Positions 1 to 10,639 of a stretch of DNA of 64,000 nt are shown here, piece by piece; positions within the stretch are counted from its first letter, which is position 1, and each line of letters starts with the position of its first letter. A program made the position numbers and the translations under genes. Origin of the DNA: Fistulifera solaris (lineage: Eukaryota); the NCBI GenBank assembly GCA_030295235.1, contig AP026133.1, positions 1,054,001-1,118,000 of the forward strand, given 5' to 3'. A model generated the notes under the pieces. The model ran no database searches and was not told the DNA's origin. It saw only the letters and a list, made by a program, of their open reading frames with translations.

Positions 1-1
1 C

Positions 2-570
2 GACAACGAGTATTTGCATTACAAAGATGACTGGTACATTATTGATTTCGAGTACGATGACAACAAAGACGGTGTACCTCCATTTGCCTTTGTGTATTAC
101 AGAGGTAGCAACGATGCTTGGGATGGATACGGAGGAGCGGTCATTTACACGCGCGATTCGAAATTTCCGGAATCGTTGCGACCGCGATTGCAGGCTGCCG
201 CCAAAAAAGTGAACATGGACTTTGATAAGGACTTTACACTGACCGACAACTCCTGTCCTGTAGATCTATCACCACAGGAGAAGTTGTTGCTGCGCGAAAA
301 GTTCTTGGGTGACGCTCTGTTGCAAACAGAGAAACAGCTCAAGTGCAGGCGACAAAGGCGCGTGGTAATGCTGTAAGCTTGATCAAAACAGAGGAGAAAC
401 AAGCCGAAAAGGCACTGGAGGAATTTGCAAAGTTGACGACCGAGTTTGAGAACGAAGTCATTAAAGACGCGGAGTTACTGGAAAAGGAACTAGAGAAGGA
501 TATTGGTCTCGTCAAGACCGAAATCGTGAATGACTTGAGTGCTTTGCTAAATGGAGATAAAAAGAAGTAA
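2..570 (+). CDS. VDE: Violaxanthin de-epoxidase, C-terminal part (5' truncated by window; 1-nt frameshift near 340)
   Basis: Lipocalin motifs HYKDDWYI and [22 protein letters not shown] plus TDNSC. An acidic Glu-rich tail follows in the 343..570 frame. Confidence 0.9.
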
Positions 571-879
571 AGCTAGGATTACTGAGCGATCGAATTAACA
601 ATTTTATAGCTCTTTTCAAGCTGCTTGGCATACTTGTCAGGTTTCTTACTTTCGACGGCGCAATCCAGCAAACAGATCGGTCAGTTACTGCGACAGCTGA
701 TAGAGATTACTCAGTTATCTCAACACGATACAGAAAGATCTAGTAAAAGTAATACTAAAGCTATGAATCACAAGTAAACATACAAAATTTCGAAAAGAAG
801 GCCAGTTGCCGCCACTATCATGTTGAAGAATGAGACGCTCGTTTCGCAGAATGAGGTGGCTGAGTTCGTCGGCAACGTT

Positions 880-1512
880 TCTGAGGAGATCCATCTCAGT
901 CAAGGTCATCCAGTTGCTGAGGTTTGATTAGTTCATACAATGTGTCGATGTGGTCCGACAACATCAGACCAGAACGCCAAACCGTTCAAATCGAAGTGGT
1001 AGCCAACATCGATGGCAAAATGGGATCTTGCTTTACAGGCTGGTCGGATGAGCCCCCGATAAAAGCGATTCAAGATGTTAGCATATCGACAAGAAGCCCA
1101 TCCGAGCGAACTCTACCATCAACATCTGTCACTCTACTACTTCGGCTAGGCGAACAAACGCTTGTAGAAAAGAGTAGCTGGGACAAAAACCTTCTAGATC
1201 GGCTGCAACTTTGAGGGTACGCAATCCTTTGTGATCCTTCAATCGCTCAAAAAGTGTTTGTAAGCATGGTCCAAAATACGATTTTCTCTCACAATCACTC
1301 GAGCAAAGAACCTGCAAGTTAATATTCGAGTGTGCGGCTAGGATGAGTTCCTGTAAAACATAGTCTGGTAGTTTCAAATTTGACCAATAAAACTTGATTT
1401 GGAGCTCCATAAAATGGACCAATTCAACAGGCGCCTCAAAACAAAACCATAAGGCCCGTAGAGAAAAATTCATCTTCAACACCAACCGAGAGACAGAGTT
1501 TCTTTGCCACAA
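880..1512 (-). pseudogene. Decayed member of a dispersed diatom LRR/RNI-like gene family
   Basis: Fragments FERLKDHKGLRTLKV, VTDVDGRVRSDGLLVDM, LNRFYRGS and RSGLMLSDHIDTLYELI are broken by stops and frameshifts. They are similar to the relic at 10051-10282. Confidence 0.55.
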
Positions 1513-1618
1513 ATTATCAAGGCCGACAAGTAAGTGTCTAAGGCTGACAACAAGATATAACCATCTAGATACTCATTTTTGCGGTCAACGAAAGAAAGAG
1601 AGTTGGTCAAATTAAATA

Positions 1619-1864
1619 AAACACCCAGATTTTATGGACACGTCAAAATGTCAAACGCCCAGATTTTATGGACACGTCAAAATATTAAACGCTCAGATTT
1701 TATGGAGACGTCAAAATATCAAACGCCCAGATTTTATGGACAAGTCAAAATATCAAACGCCCAGATTTTATGAACACGTCAAAATATCACTCGCCCAGGT
1801 TTTATGGACGACTCGTCAAAATGTCAAACTCCCAGATTTTATGGACACGTCAAAATATCAAACG
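1619..1864. repeat. Tandem minisatellite, 7 copies of a 34-bp unit
   Basis: Consensus AAACGCCCAGATTTTATGGACACGTCAAAATATC. Copies start at 1619, 1653, 1687, 1721, 1755, 1789 (37 bp) and 1826; there are no spacers. Confidence 0.95.
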
Positions 1865-2203
1865 GTTCCTCTTTGATTGTATACGGTGTTTTTGTTCATA
1901 CTTCATTCAAGTACCGGTACCGTATTGTTCAACGGTTCTCAGGGTGAGGTTAGTACCGGTATGATGGCGTAATTAACCACATGTCGTTTTCAAACTCAAC
2001 GGCTCTCTTCGCGGCGAGGAAATTCATTCTCAAGAGTGATTTTTTTGCGGCGTCGATGCATACATTGCCTCTTATTTGTTTCACTCACCTCGCTCAGTGA
2101 AGCATTTCTAGCTTTTCTAGTACGTCAAAACGCTTTCTGGTTCATCAACTGGCGGTCGTGCATACAATTACGTAGATTTATTGTCTCTTTTTAGCATAAC
2201 AAG

Positions 2204-3286
2204 ATGAAACAAACGAGTCGGTTTAGCTGCTCACGCCCGTGCGTGGCTTTCCTCGCTCTCATTGCGTTCGTCATGCTGTACTTCTCGCGTCAACAAACCT
2301 TGGATGATCTAGACGCAACGTCGCAAGAAAAGCATAACCATGTCGATATCAATCCTACCTTTGGTGATGCACCGAGTGAGAAACGCAATCCCATTCGTCA
2401 AATTAGTATTTTAGGTGAACGAAATAGCGGTACACGGTGGACCTTTGAGTACGTATCATTTGCTGTCAATAGGATGCAGTTCGTCAATCCCAGATTCTAA
2501 TTGCGTCGTCATTACAGTCACATGCTGGAATGCTTCGGTCATGCCCTGACGGTGAAAAAAGGACTTGTTCGCTATAAGCATTGGTTTCAGTATGAAGACT
2601 CGTCACTTTATCCGCACGATACACTCGTCTTGGCGCAATTCCGAAACCCGTATGATTGGCTTCAAGCCATGCAACGTGTGCCGCATCACAGTCCTGCTCA
2701 TTTGAGTACAGCCGTCGATCACAAATGGGAGATTTTCTTGTCCAAACCGTGGACCATGGAACGTATTGGTAGCGATCTGTGGCCCAATCGAACGAGTGAT
2801 GAAGACAGTCCGGCCAAAAGCTGTCAGCAGAAATTCAAGTATCGTGACATTATTAGTTGCGATATCGAACCCTTACCGCATGAAGCGTACAAACACACGA
2901 TTCGTTATAGTGAACATCAACCCTTTTACGAAATGCGAAATGATGGCTCGGGGGAGCCGTACGCCAATATCATGGAAATGAGAACAGATAAGATTCGAAA
3001 CTTTCTATCGGTCGTGGACTATGAAGGTGTCGCGGATGTGTGGGTGTTGCAATACGAGTATCTGGTTCACAAAGGCACGCAGAATTTGATCGATAAAGTG
3101 GCCGAATGGACGGGCATTGAACCAAAGTGTCAAGCCAAAGGATCACAGGTCCGCAAACCTAAAAAGACGAGAATCGTACCGACCGAAATGGCACGATATA
3201 TTCGTGAAAATCTAGATTGGGAGGTCGAAAGGTCGATCGGATACAACATTGATTTGAAACGGGAAGAAGTTGGCTGGGATTGGTAA
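2204..3286 (+). CDS. Type II membrane protein with sulfotransferase-like P-loop domain (intron 2449-2517)
   Basis: N-terminal TM segment, ILGERNSGT (5'-PSB-like loop) and FRNPYDW (3'-PB-like motif). A GT..AG intron joins the two ORFs in frame. Confidence 0.65.
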
Positions 3287-3367
3287 ATGCGACTACTTAA
3301 TACCAATATATAATAGAACGAAGAATAGCGACTGTTAAAAACGAGAGTTTTAGCGTCGTTTTTCTAT

Positions 3368-6263
3368 TTAAACATTTCGCAAGGTTTCCATTGTGACAAT
3401 CGCATCCTTATCAGCTAGGCAACTTCCGACAATAGCTCCCGTGGCTCCAGCTTCCTTTATTTGCTTGACGTAGTCCGTGGCATCATCACCTATCAGTCCT
3501 ACTCGGCCTTGAACCAGAAATTGTATGTCTCCATGTCGCTCCTTCAGCTCTTCAAAAGTGTCGCTTTTTAATAGAGAAAGAGCTTGAGCACCTGTTAAGT
3601 CGTACATGTAGTCTTCAAGGAGACGGTTCGAAAATATGAGGCCGTGAATGCTGCCCTTTTCGAGAGTCATTACGGCCCGCATCTGTACTTCCGAAGTCAC
3701 CTTGACGAATACTTGAAACTGCAAACTAGCTGCAATTTTAGATAAATACAGAAGATCTTTCGCCGCAAGTGCTCCAGCTATAAGGGATATGGCATCTGCC
3801 CCCGCGAGTCGAAGTTTGTACAATTGATATGGGTACAGGATCAAATCCATTGCTAGCACGGGCGGAACAACAACTCCATCTTCTGACATCATGTCAAGTG
3901 CTGCTTTTGCGGTCTCTTCTCTCACAGTTTGTATATCACTAAGGGAACCGCCAAAGAAGATAGGGTCGCAGTTAACCGCCATGGCTGGGGCTCCAGCCTG
4001 AACGAAAGTTCGGGAGAGCTTGGCTAGATCGTATCGACGTCGAAGCGATCCACCAACTGGGTCAGATTTTTTGAATTCCGGGATTATGATGAATTGGTCG
4101 TTTTGTGCCGCAGATTTAAGACTGGCAACAAAGTCACGGGGCTTGGGCATAGTTGGATCCGTTGCCGAAAGTCGGCACTGAGAAACTAAATTCGCCAGAG
4201 GAACTCGTTCACGGAATCGATCAACTTCTGTTTCTTTTTCCCACATGAATTCTTCCAGCGCACTCGAAGCGACGGCCGTCTTTTCAGCAACGCTCCATTC
4301 GACAGTAGAAACAGTTAAGGCCCTGCCCGAATGAATTTCTCTTCGTTTCAAAATGAGTTCGCCATCTTCACCCCGAGGTGCTTTCGAGGCCAGAGTCTGA
4401 GGACCGATCTTCGTTGCAGCGTCGTCTCCGTCGTTTTCGTCATCCGAGCTTTCTTTTGTGTTTGAGCTTTCTTTCTTAGCGTCTATCGGGTTATAGATTG
4501 CCCTACCGGAGTAACTGCCAAAGAGGAAGTATCCGGTAGCACTGCCTTGTATGGTTGTTCCAGACAACAGTACTCCATTGGAAAAGAAGCCACTGATGCA
4601 ACTGACAGATGGCAACATCCTGGCCGCAGTGCTACTTTCGTAATACTGCTTGCCCTGGAAAAACTTGCTACCACGATCGAGTGTAGGAATGATGAGGCAA
4701 CCGGCTGCCTCAAACTTGACTTTGGGCTTGTCTTCTTCAGCCGCAAACTGCTCACCTAATAACCTCTTCTTATAGCCGATCCACAGAGCCTCTATTTCCT
4801 TTTTCGCAAACTCGCTTTCACGCACAAAGAATCGCATCCGGTTACCAGGTGTAATATTTACTTTACCCAACGGTAGTGTGACGCTGCCGTCCTTCATTCC
4901 AGCCGTAGCAACCTGATGAACCGTGAACCGATGTCCTTGTCCCTCTGCTAGTCTCAAAAGTTCGGAAACGGTCCGTGCCGTCATGGGGCCCTGCTGCTGT
5001 TCTAGTCCGATCAATAAAGTACGTCTCATGAAGGCTTGATCATCATCCGAAAGCGTCCTCATCAGAAAATTGGCTTCCGCCAAGACTGGCTTGGGGATTC
5101 TGGCCTTGGCATATGCTTGCGCCTGTCGGGCTTTGACATCCATATCCTTTTCGTCCACTTCGTCGTCTTCGTCGTCCTCTTCTTCTGCTGACTCTTCCGC
5201 GTCTTTCAGTGCTTCCGTAGCTGCCTCATCCAGTACAATAGCATTGATGGTAGAATCTTCGCCTTTGAGAATTTGATAAATGCCTCCCACCGCCTTGGCA
5301 CCTTGTGCCGTCATGGTTTGTATCTGCACATCACCCTGCAAAATGACTCCAATACAACCATTGGTGTGGAAGGTAGGATTGGAGGAATGTGCCGACCATT
5401 GATAGAGTTTGGCACGACTGAGAGACGACACAGTCGACGCAATGCCCCCACAATTGTGCATTGGGGGAAATACGTTTCAATCCCAACAACAGTGCATCTA
5501 CTTGGGTCGAGAAGGCTGGACTGGGCACGAGAAGAAAGGATGTTGGTAACTGATCGAGAGTATCTTCCGCGGCAGCACTGCGTGGCAACAAACCGACTTC
5601 TTTTTTCCATTCCGTGGCGTCTAATTGTACCATATCGTCGTCCGGTAAATCCTCCAAATGAAACGTGCGAACGGTCGTATCCGGAAAGATCGCCATGGTA
5701 ATAATGACCGCCGGAATCCCTTCGTATTCGACAGTATCACACGCTTGAATAATAATATTCGGCTGATCCGCGGTCTGAACGGCCGGGGCACTCCCGATGC
5801 ATCCCGCCACAGAACTCCCAATGAGATTTTGAATTTGGACATTGTACGCAGACGCCGCCGCCAAGATGGTCGGTACCGTCAATGTCGATGGTTGTTGCGT
5901 GCCACCATCGTACAGCGACGACACGGATACCATGGCTAAATCAACTTTGAGCGGTTGGTCTTCCGTGGCAATGGGTAGAGAACGCAGCGCCATGGTGACG
6001 GCTTCTTGTAAGGCTTCGACGAGATTGGAATGACTCGAATGACCTGTACTCATCGCCATGGGTTGATTGAGATCCATATATTCCGTTGCGAATGCATCGA
6101 CAGAGAGATATCGGTTGAATTGTTGTCGTGAAGCATGATGATAAGGGTTGACATGTTTGTGGTATCGGTGAGGAAGCGCAGTGTACAAAAGAGTGAACGC
6201 ACGAGTCTGTGGCACAAACGAGGTGCTCATGAGCAACAATAAGGAAGCCCAAGGACGCAGCAT
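3368..6263 (-). CDS. Plastid-targeted FIST_N/FIST_C + IGPS (TrpC)-like fusion; frameshift near 5455
   Basis: Presequence MLRPWASLLLLMSTSFVPQTRAF. FIST motifs LIGSSVAGCIG, GGIAST, TAQGAKAVG, RMRFFVRE and ISGFFSNG. IGPS motifs LEEFMWEKETEV, PRDFVASL, IIPEFKKSDP, FFGGSLSDI and AGADAISLI. Confidence 0.8.
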
Positions 6264-6881
6264 TTTTGCCAACAGTACTGGTATGCTACCCTTGTTTCTT
6301 CTTTTAATACAAGTACATTGTGAAACCATTTTTTCTGCTGTCGAGACGCGTTTCTCTGCAACACTTGTACTTGTATGTAGTACTGGTACGGTAATGAACA
6401 ATTCTCAAGTTGTTTTGACTGTCTTTGTTCTTTGTCCACCGCAAACAATAAAATACTAATGAGAAAAAAAAAAGAGGCAACCGGAAAAACGCGAGGCGAC
6501 CGAAGAGCACGCGTTTTCGTCCGTCCATCAGCCGTTGTCACTGTGACAGAATAAGGCTCGCGATCATTCACCCACTCGAAAATGAGTAGAGGGTAGACGT
6601 ATATCGTACAAAACCTACATACTTTGTAAGGTAGTACTTGCCAATCCTCGTTGTCGTCGTCCGCTCCTCCGCAACACCATGGCGTGCAAGGATAAAGAGA
6701 AATACCTGGTACCGTGTCATCATTTCATTCCATGCATTCAACAAAAGGTACCAACACTGTTAGGACTACCATTACTGACTAAGCATTCGAGTTCGTAAAC
6801 GAAAGACTTTTGTTGCGGAAAAAACAGGAAAAGGAATTTCACAACAGTTCATTCACACACAACAACAACAACCAACAAAAA

Positions 6882-7911
6882 ATGGACGAAACCGTCGACA
6901 CCCCGTCACCCGACAGGAATGCCACAACAAGTACCGCCGCGGCCACGCCCCTTCCTCCCCTATCCTCTACTACATTAGATCCCGAAAAATCATACGCTGA
7001 TCTAGAAGCGTGGTTGGCGAAATTGACACAAGGAACACCCCTTGCGGAAGCCGAAGTCAAGTCGTTAACGGAACTCGCCCGAGAGCGTTTGTTGCAGGAA
7101 TCCAACGTACAGCCGGTACCGGCACCCGTCACCATTTGTGGGGATATACATGGTCAATGGCATGATCTCATGGAGCTCTTTCGTATTGGAGGGAGTGCGC
7201 CAGACACGAATTATTTGTTCATGGGGGACTATGTCGATCGGGGCTACTATTCCGTTGAAACCGTTTCCTTACTCGTTTGCTTGAAAGTTCGTTACCCCGA
7301 TCGAGTGTTCATTCTTCGTGGGAATCATGAATCACGACAAATTACGCAAGTCTACGGATTTTATGACGAGTGTGTTCGAAAGTATGGATCCGCGAACGTG
7401 TGGAAATTGTTCACCGACTTGTTTGATTACTTCCCCCTGACGGCCGTCGTCGATAACGCTATTTTCTGTCTACACGGTGGTCTATCGCCGAGTATCGATA
7501 CATTGGATCATGTCCGACAACTCGATCGCGTGCAAGAAGTCCCACACGAAGGTCCCATGTGCGATTTGTTGTGGAGTGACCCCGACGATCGGACCGGGTG
7601 GGGTATTTCGCCACGGGGAGCTGGATTCACCTTTGGAGCCGACATTTCCGCCGCATTCAATGCTCGCAATGGACTGACGACCGTAGCGCGGGCGCATCAA
7701 CTGGTCATGGAGGGGTACAATTGGAGTCACGAAGGTGCTGTCGTGACCATCTTTTCGGCGCCCAATTATTGCTACCGTTGTGGGAATCAAGCGGCCATTT
7801 TAGAAGTCGATGAAAATAGAACCAATCAACAGTTTTTACAGTTTGATCCGGCTCCGCGACGAGGTGAGCCGAGTTCGCTCCACCGAAAAAACTCCCGATT
7901 ACTTTTTGTAG
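6882..7911 (+). CDS. PP2AC: Ser/Thr protein phosphatase 2A catalytic subunit
   Basis: GDIHG, GDYVDRG, RGNHE and [11 protein letters not shown] motifs. Removing one A from the run at 7886-7891 restores the RKTPDYFL* C-terminus. Confidence 0.96.
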
Positions 7912-8075
7912 TTGCGCCTTCAGAGCAAGTACAATCTTAAAATGGTTAATGTTGAAAGTAGTTGCTCTAGCTTGTGCTTTTGTGCCAATCCTGTGCAAGA
8001 TTACTCGTTTGTAGTATTCAGAAAAAGTCAATGTATAGGCTAGAGTATAATAAACGGATTATACTGAACATGCTA

Positions 8076-9383
8076 TCAATAAGCATGCGAATTGCTTCCC
8101 CATCGTCCGGTGGTCTGGCTTGTCCCCGACTCCCAGTCATTTGGCGTGTGATCCTCCTCCTGATAACCACGATACCGTCGATCACTGATTGTTGTGTTGG
8201 TTTCAAAGTCAACATAAAGAGGCGGATTCGTCCTTCTTGCTGATCGGTATTTCGAGGAGTGCTCCGAGCCATCGTTTTCTCGGTAAAGCCCGGCACCTGA
8301 CCTTTGACTCGCTGTATCGTAAGGATTATCTGTGTAGTACGGTCCTGGCGGAGAAAGTTGAAGGTTGGTATGTTGAGTATTGTATGCTTCGAAGAGGACA
8401 AAGGATCGGGCAGTGCGCTCGGAACTTACCTCGTCCACTCATGGCTGGTATTTGATTCGGGTCATGTGAATACAAATACGCTTCTCCGTATGAAAGGGTG
8501 TCACTAGCGTACTCGGGAGGATAGCCATGACTGAGATCTGTATCATGAATGTGCACGCCATCGGTATATATTTCTGGTCGTGTTGTGCGTCTCTTCATGC
8601 CAACGAGAAGAAGCAAGACGGTGAATGCGGTGAGGAAACTGAGCCCCACAATCAACGGTACGTTGGGTGGCTTAGTTGAGCCTGTTGGGTTTGTAATTTG
8701 ACCGTCTTCCACTGGTTCACTGAGAATGCTTTTATCATTTTCTGTAACGTCGCTGTCACCCTCGTCTATATCTAGATCGGTCTCGGTCTCACTCTGGGTG
8801 TCTTCATCGGCGTTAGTGTCGGGTGGCTGCTCTCGGTTATACTTCAAAAGTTCACAGTGAGGACCATAAAACTCTTTTGGACAAACACAACCAAGATGGC
8901 GATATTCGTTGTTGATGGTGGTGTTCCCAGGTGCCACCTGTGCGCTAATAAAACTACTTTTGCATTTTCCTCCGTTGGTGCAAAAGGATGTCGATTCATT
9001 CGGATCATACTTGTCGGCACAATATTCAGTGTAGGGATTACGGCACATCAACGCAGCGAATCGGCTGACCTCTTCGGCTACCGAACAGTCACACATCATT
9101 TCTCCTGTGTCTCGTTGTCGCTGACATAGGCGTCCGTTTTGCATTTTCCGTCGCTCTGGCATGCTTCTACCGGGACATCGCACGCAGCACCTCCATACCC
9201 CACATCGCACACACATTCCTCAATCATCTTTCCACTCTGCACTAAAGCAGATAGCTCTTCTTGGTTATTCGACACGAAACTACAGATTCCGTGTTCACAG
9301 GATAGCCCGCATTGTTCGTTGGCTGCCAACGAAACAATTCCATGGAGAAGAACCGAGACAATTATAGAGGCTGATAAGCGCAT
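8076..9383 (-). CDS. EGF-like repeat single-pass membrane protein (frameshift near 9141; intron 8345-8429)
   Basis: Signal peptide MRLSASIIVSVLLHGIVSLA, EGF motifs CVCDVGYGGAAC and CVCPKEFYGPHC, an acidic stalk, TM helix LIVGLSFLTAFTVLLLLVGM followed by KRR, and a Tyr-rich tail. Confidence 0.8.
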
Positions 9384-10050
9384 AGTTTCCAGCTCCTCGC
9401 AGGAATAGGCATTTGCAGCACAACGGTGATGAAGTGAGCAGACTTGTAGCAACTGCTTTTCACATTCCTCCTTATGCCTGTCATGCAATTCGTTCGGATT
9501 TCAAAAAGTGGCGATCAATCTTGTCATACGCACATTTTTGGCGCTCGAATTCCGAAAACGCATCCCTACTCCCTACCAGTACCAGGTACAACTACGATTT
9601 TCCGAATACTCGGTGTACAGTTGGGGGGAATTGTCCGACCACTATTAAAATTAGCGCTATCTTTCTCACTGTACCAGGTATCTGTGTGACAAGGTATTTA
9701 CACCGAACGCCGCGAGCGAGCGGGTCAACGTCCAACGGGCCACGGGCCATAGGCACGTCGATCTACATACACTACATGAAATGAGCGCATTTTTTTTCAT
9801 TGCATTTCATCGAACAACCTTGTATTCATTTCCTATTTATCTGCTTTCAGACGCAACAATCGACATGCTTCCATTTCTTATCCTACCGATCTGGACGAAT
9901 TCTGTTGTTACGATTACAGAATTGCCATCTTGCGTAAAAACAATACGCTTACGTATTTTTTGAAACACAATAGCAACAATTTTCCCGACGATGATCGAAA
10001 ATATTTGTCTTTGAAAAGCTATTCCATGACTAGAACTTTGATACATTGCA

Positions 10051-10282
10051 GTGACTAATGGGTTCAGTGATGTCTATACTGACGGATTGTTGAGTGATGA
10101 GATTTACGCCCTCAACAACATCTCATGCCTTGTTAAACGTGCCACACTCGGAGCGACCATCGCTTGTGACCACCGCTTTTATGCAAAGCGCCTCTGGCCA
10201 TTTTCAGCGATCGGATCGTTGGTTAGCGGATCACACGGATGCCTTGCTTGAACTAATTTTGAGTGCTGTCCTGTTCTGTTAG
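10051..10282 (+). pseudogene. Second decayed fragment of the same dispersed family as 880-1512
   Basis: VTNGFSDVYTDGLLSDEIYALNN, then after a frame change ERPSLVTTAFMQSASGHFQRSDRWLADHTDALLELI. Confidence 0.55.
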
Positions 10283-10639
10283 CGAAGCATTCCGATGTCA
10301 TTCATGATCTACGTCGACGAGAAAGATATGATTTGAGAATAGTCATCAACGAAATCATCAGCCACAATACGACGCTTACAAGATTGACATGAGAATAGAA
10401 CCCAGCGACATCTTCGCACCTTTTGTTAGAAATTTATGAACAGGAGCTTTATGCAACTTCCCCTCTTTCGCAAATTGTTCCTTTATTTGCGATTTATAAA
10501 GTGGTCGAAGGGATTGTATTATCTGTTTGTTTATGCATTTTACTATGAATAAACACCGTTCAACCACAGAGGATCCGGAACGCTTTACGGTCAAAACAAT
10601 CAGCCAGAGAAAACCTGAAACATTTCGCAACAAGGTTAT

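Noticed and set aside
1619..1864. CRISPR array
   Set aside because: The 34-bp units are contiguous with no unique spacers, there are no cas genes, and the context is eukaryotic.
1579..1964. Short ORFs with TPRFYG repeats
   Set aside because: They are translations of the 34-bp minisatellite in rotating frames.
5331..5470. Two separate genes or programmed frameshifting between the FIST_N and FIST_C/IGPS ORFs
   Set aside because: The break sits at G5/C5 runs inside a FIST motif and matches the window-wide indel pattern.
7886..7940. PP2A with a novel C-terminus lacking YFL
   Set aside because: One extra A in a homopolymer; the canonical TPDYFL* lies intact in the adjacent frame.
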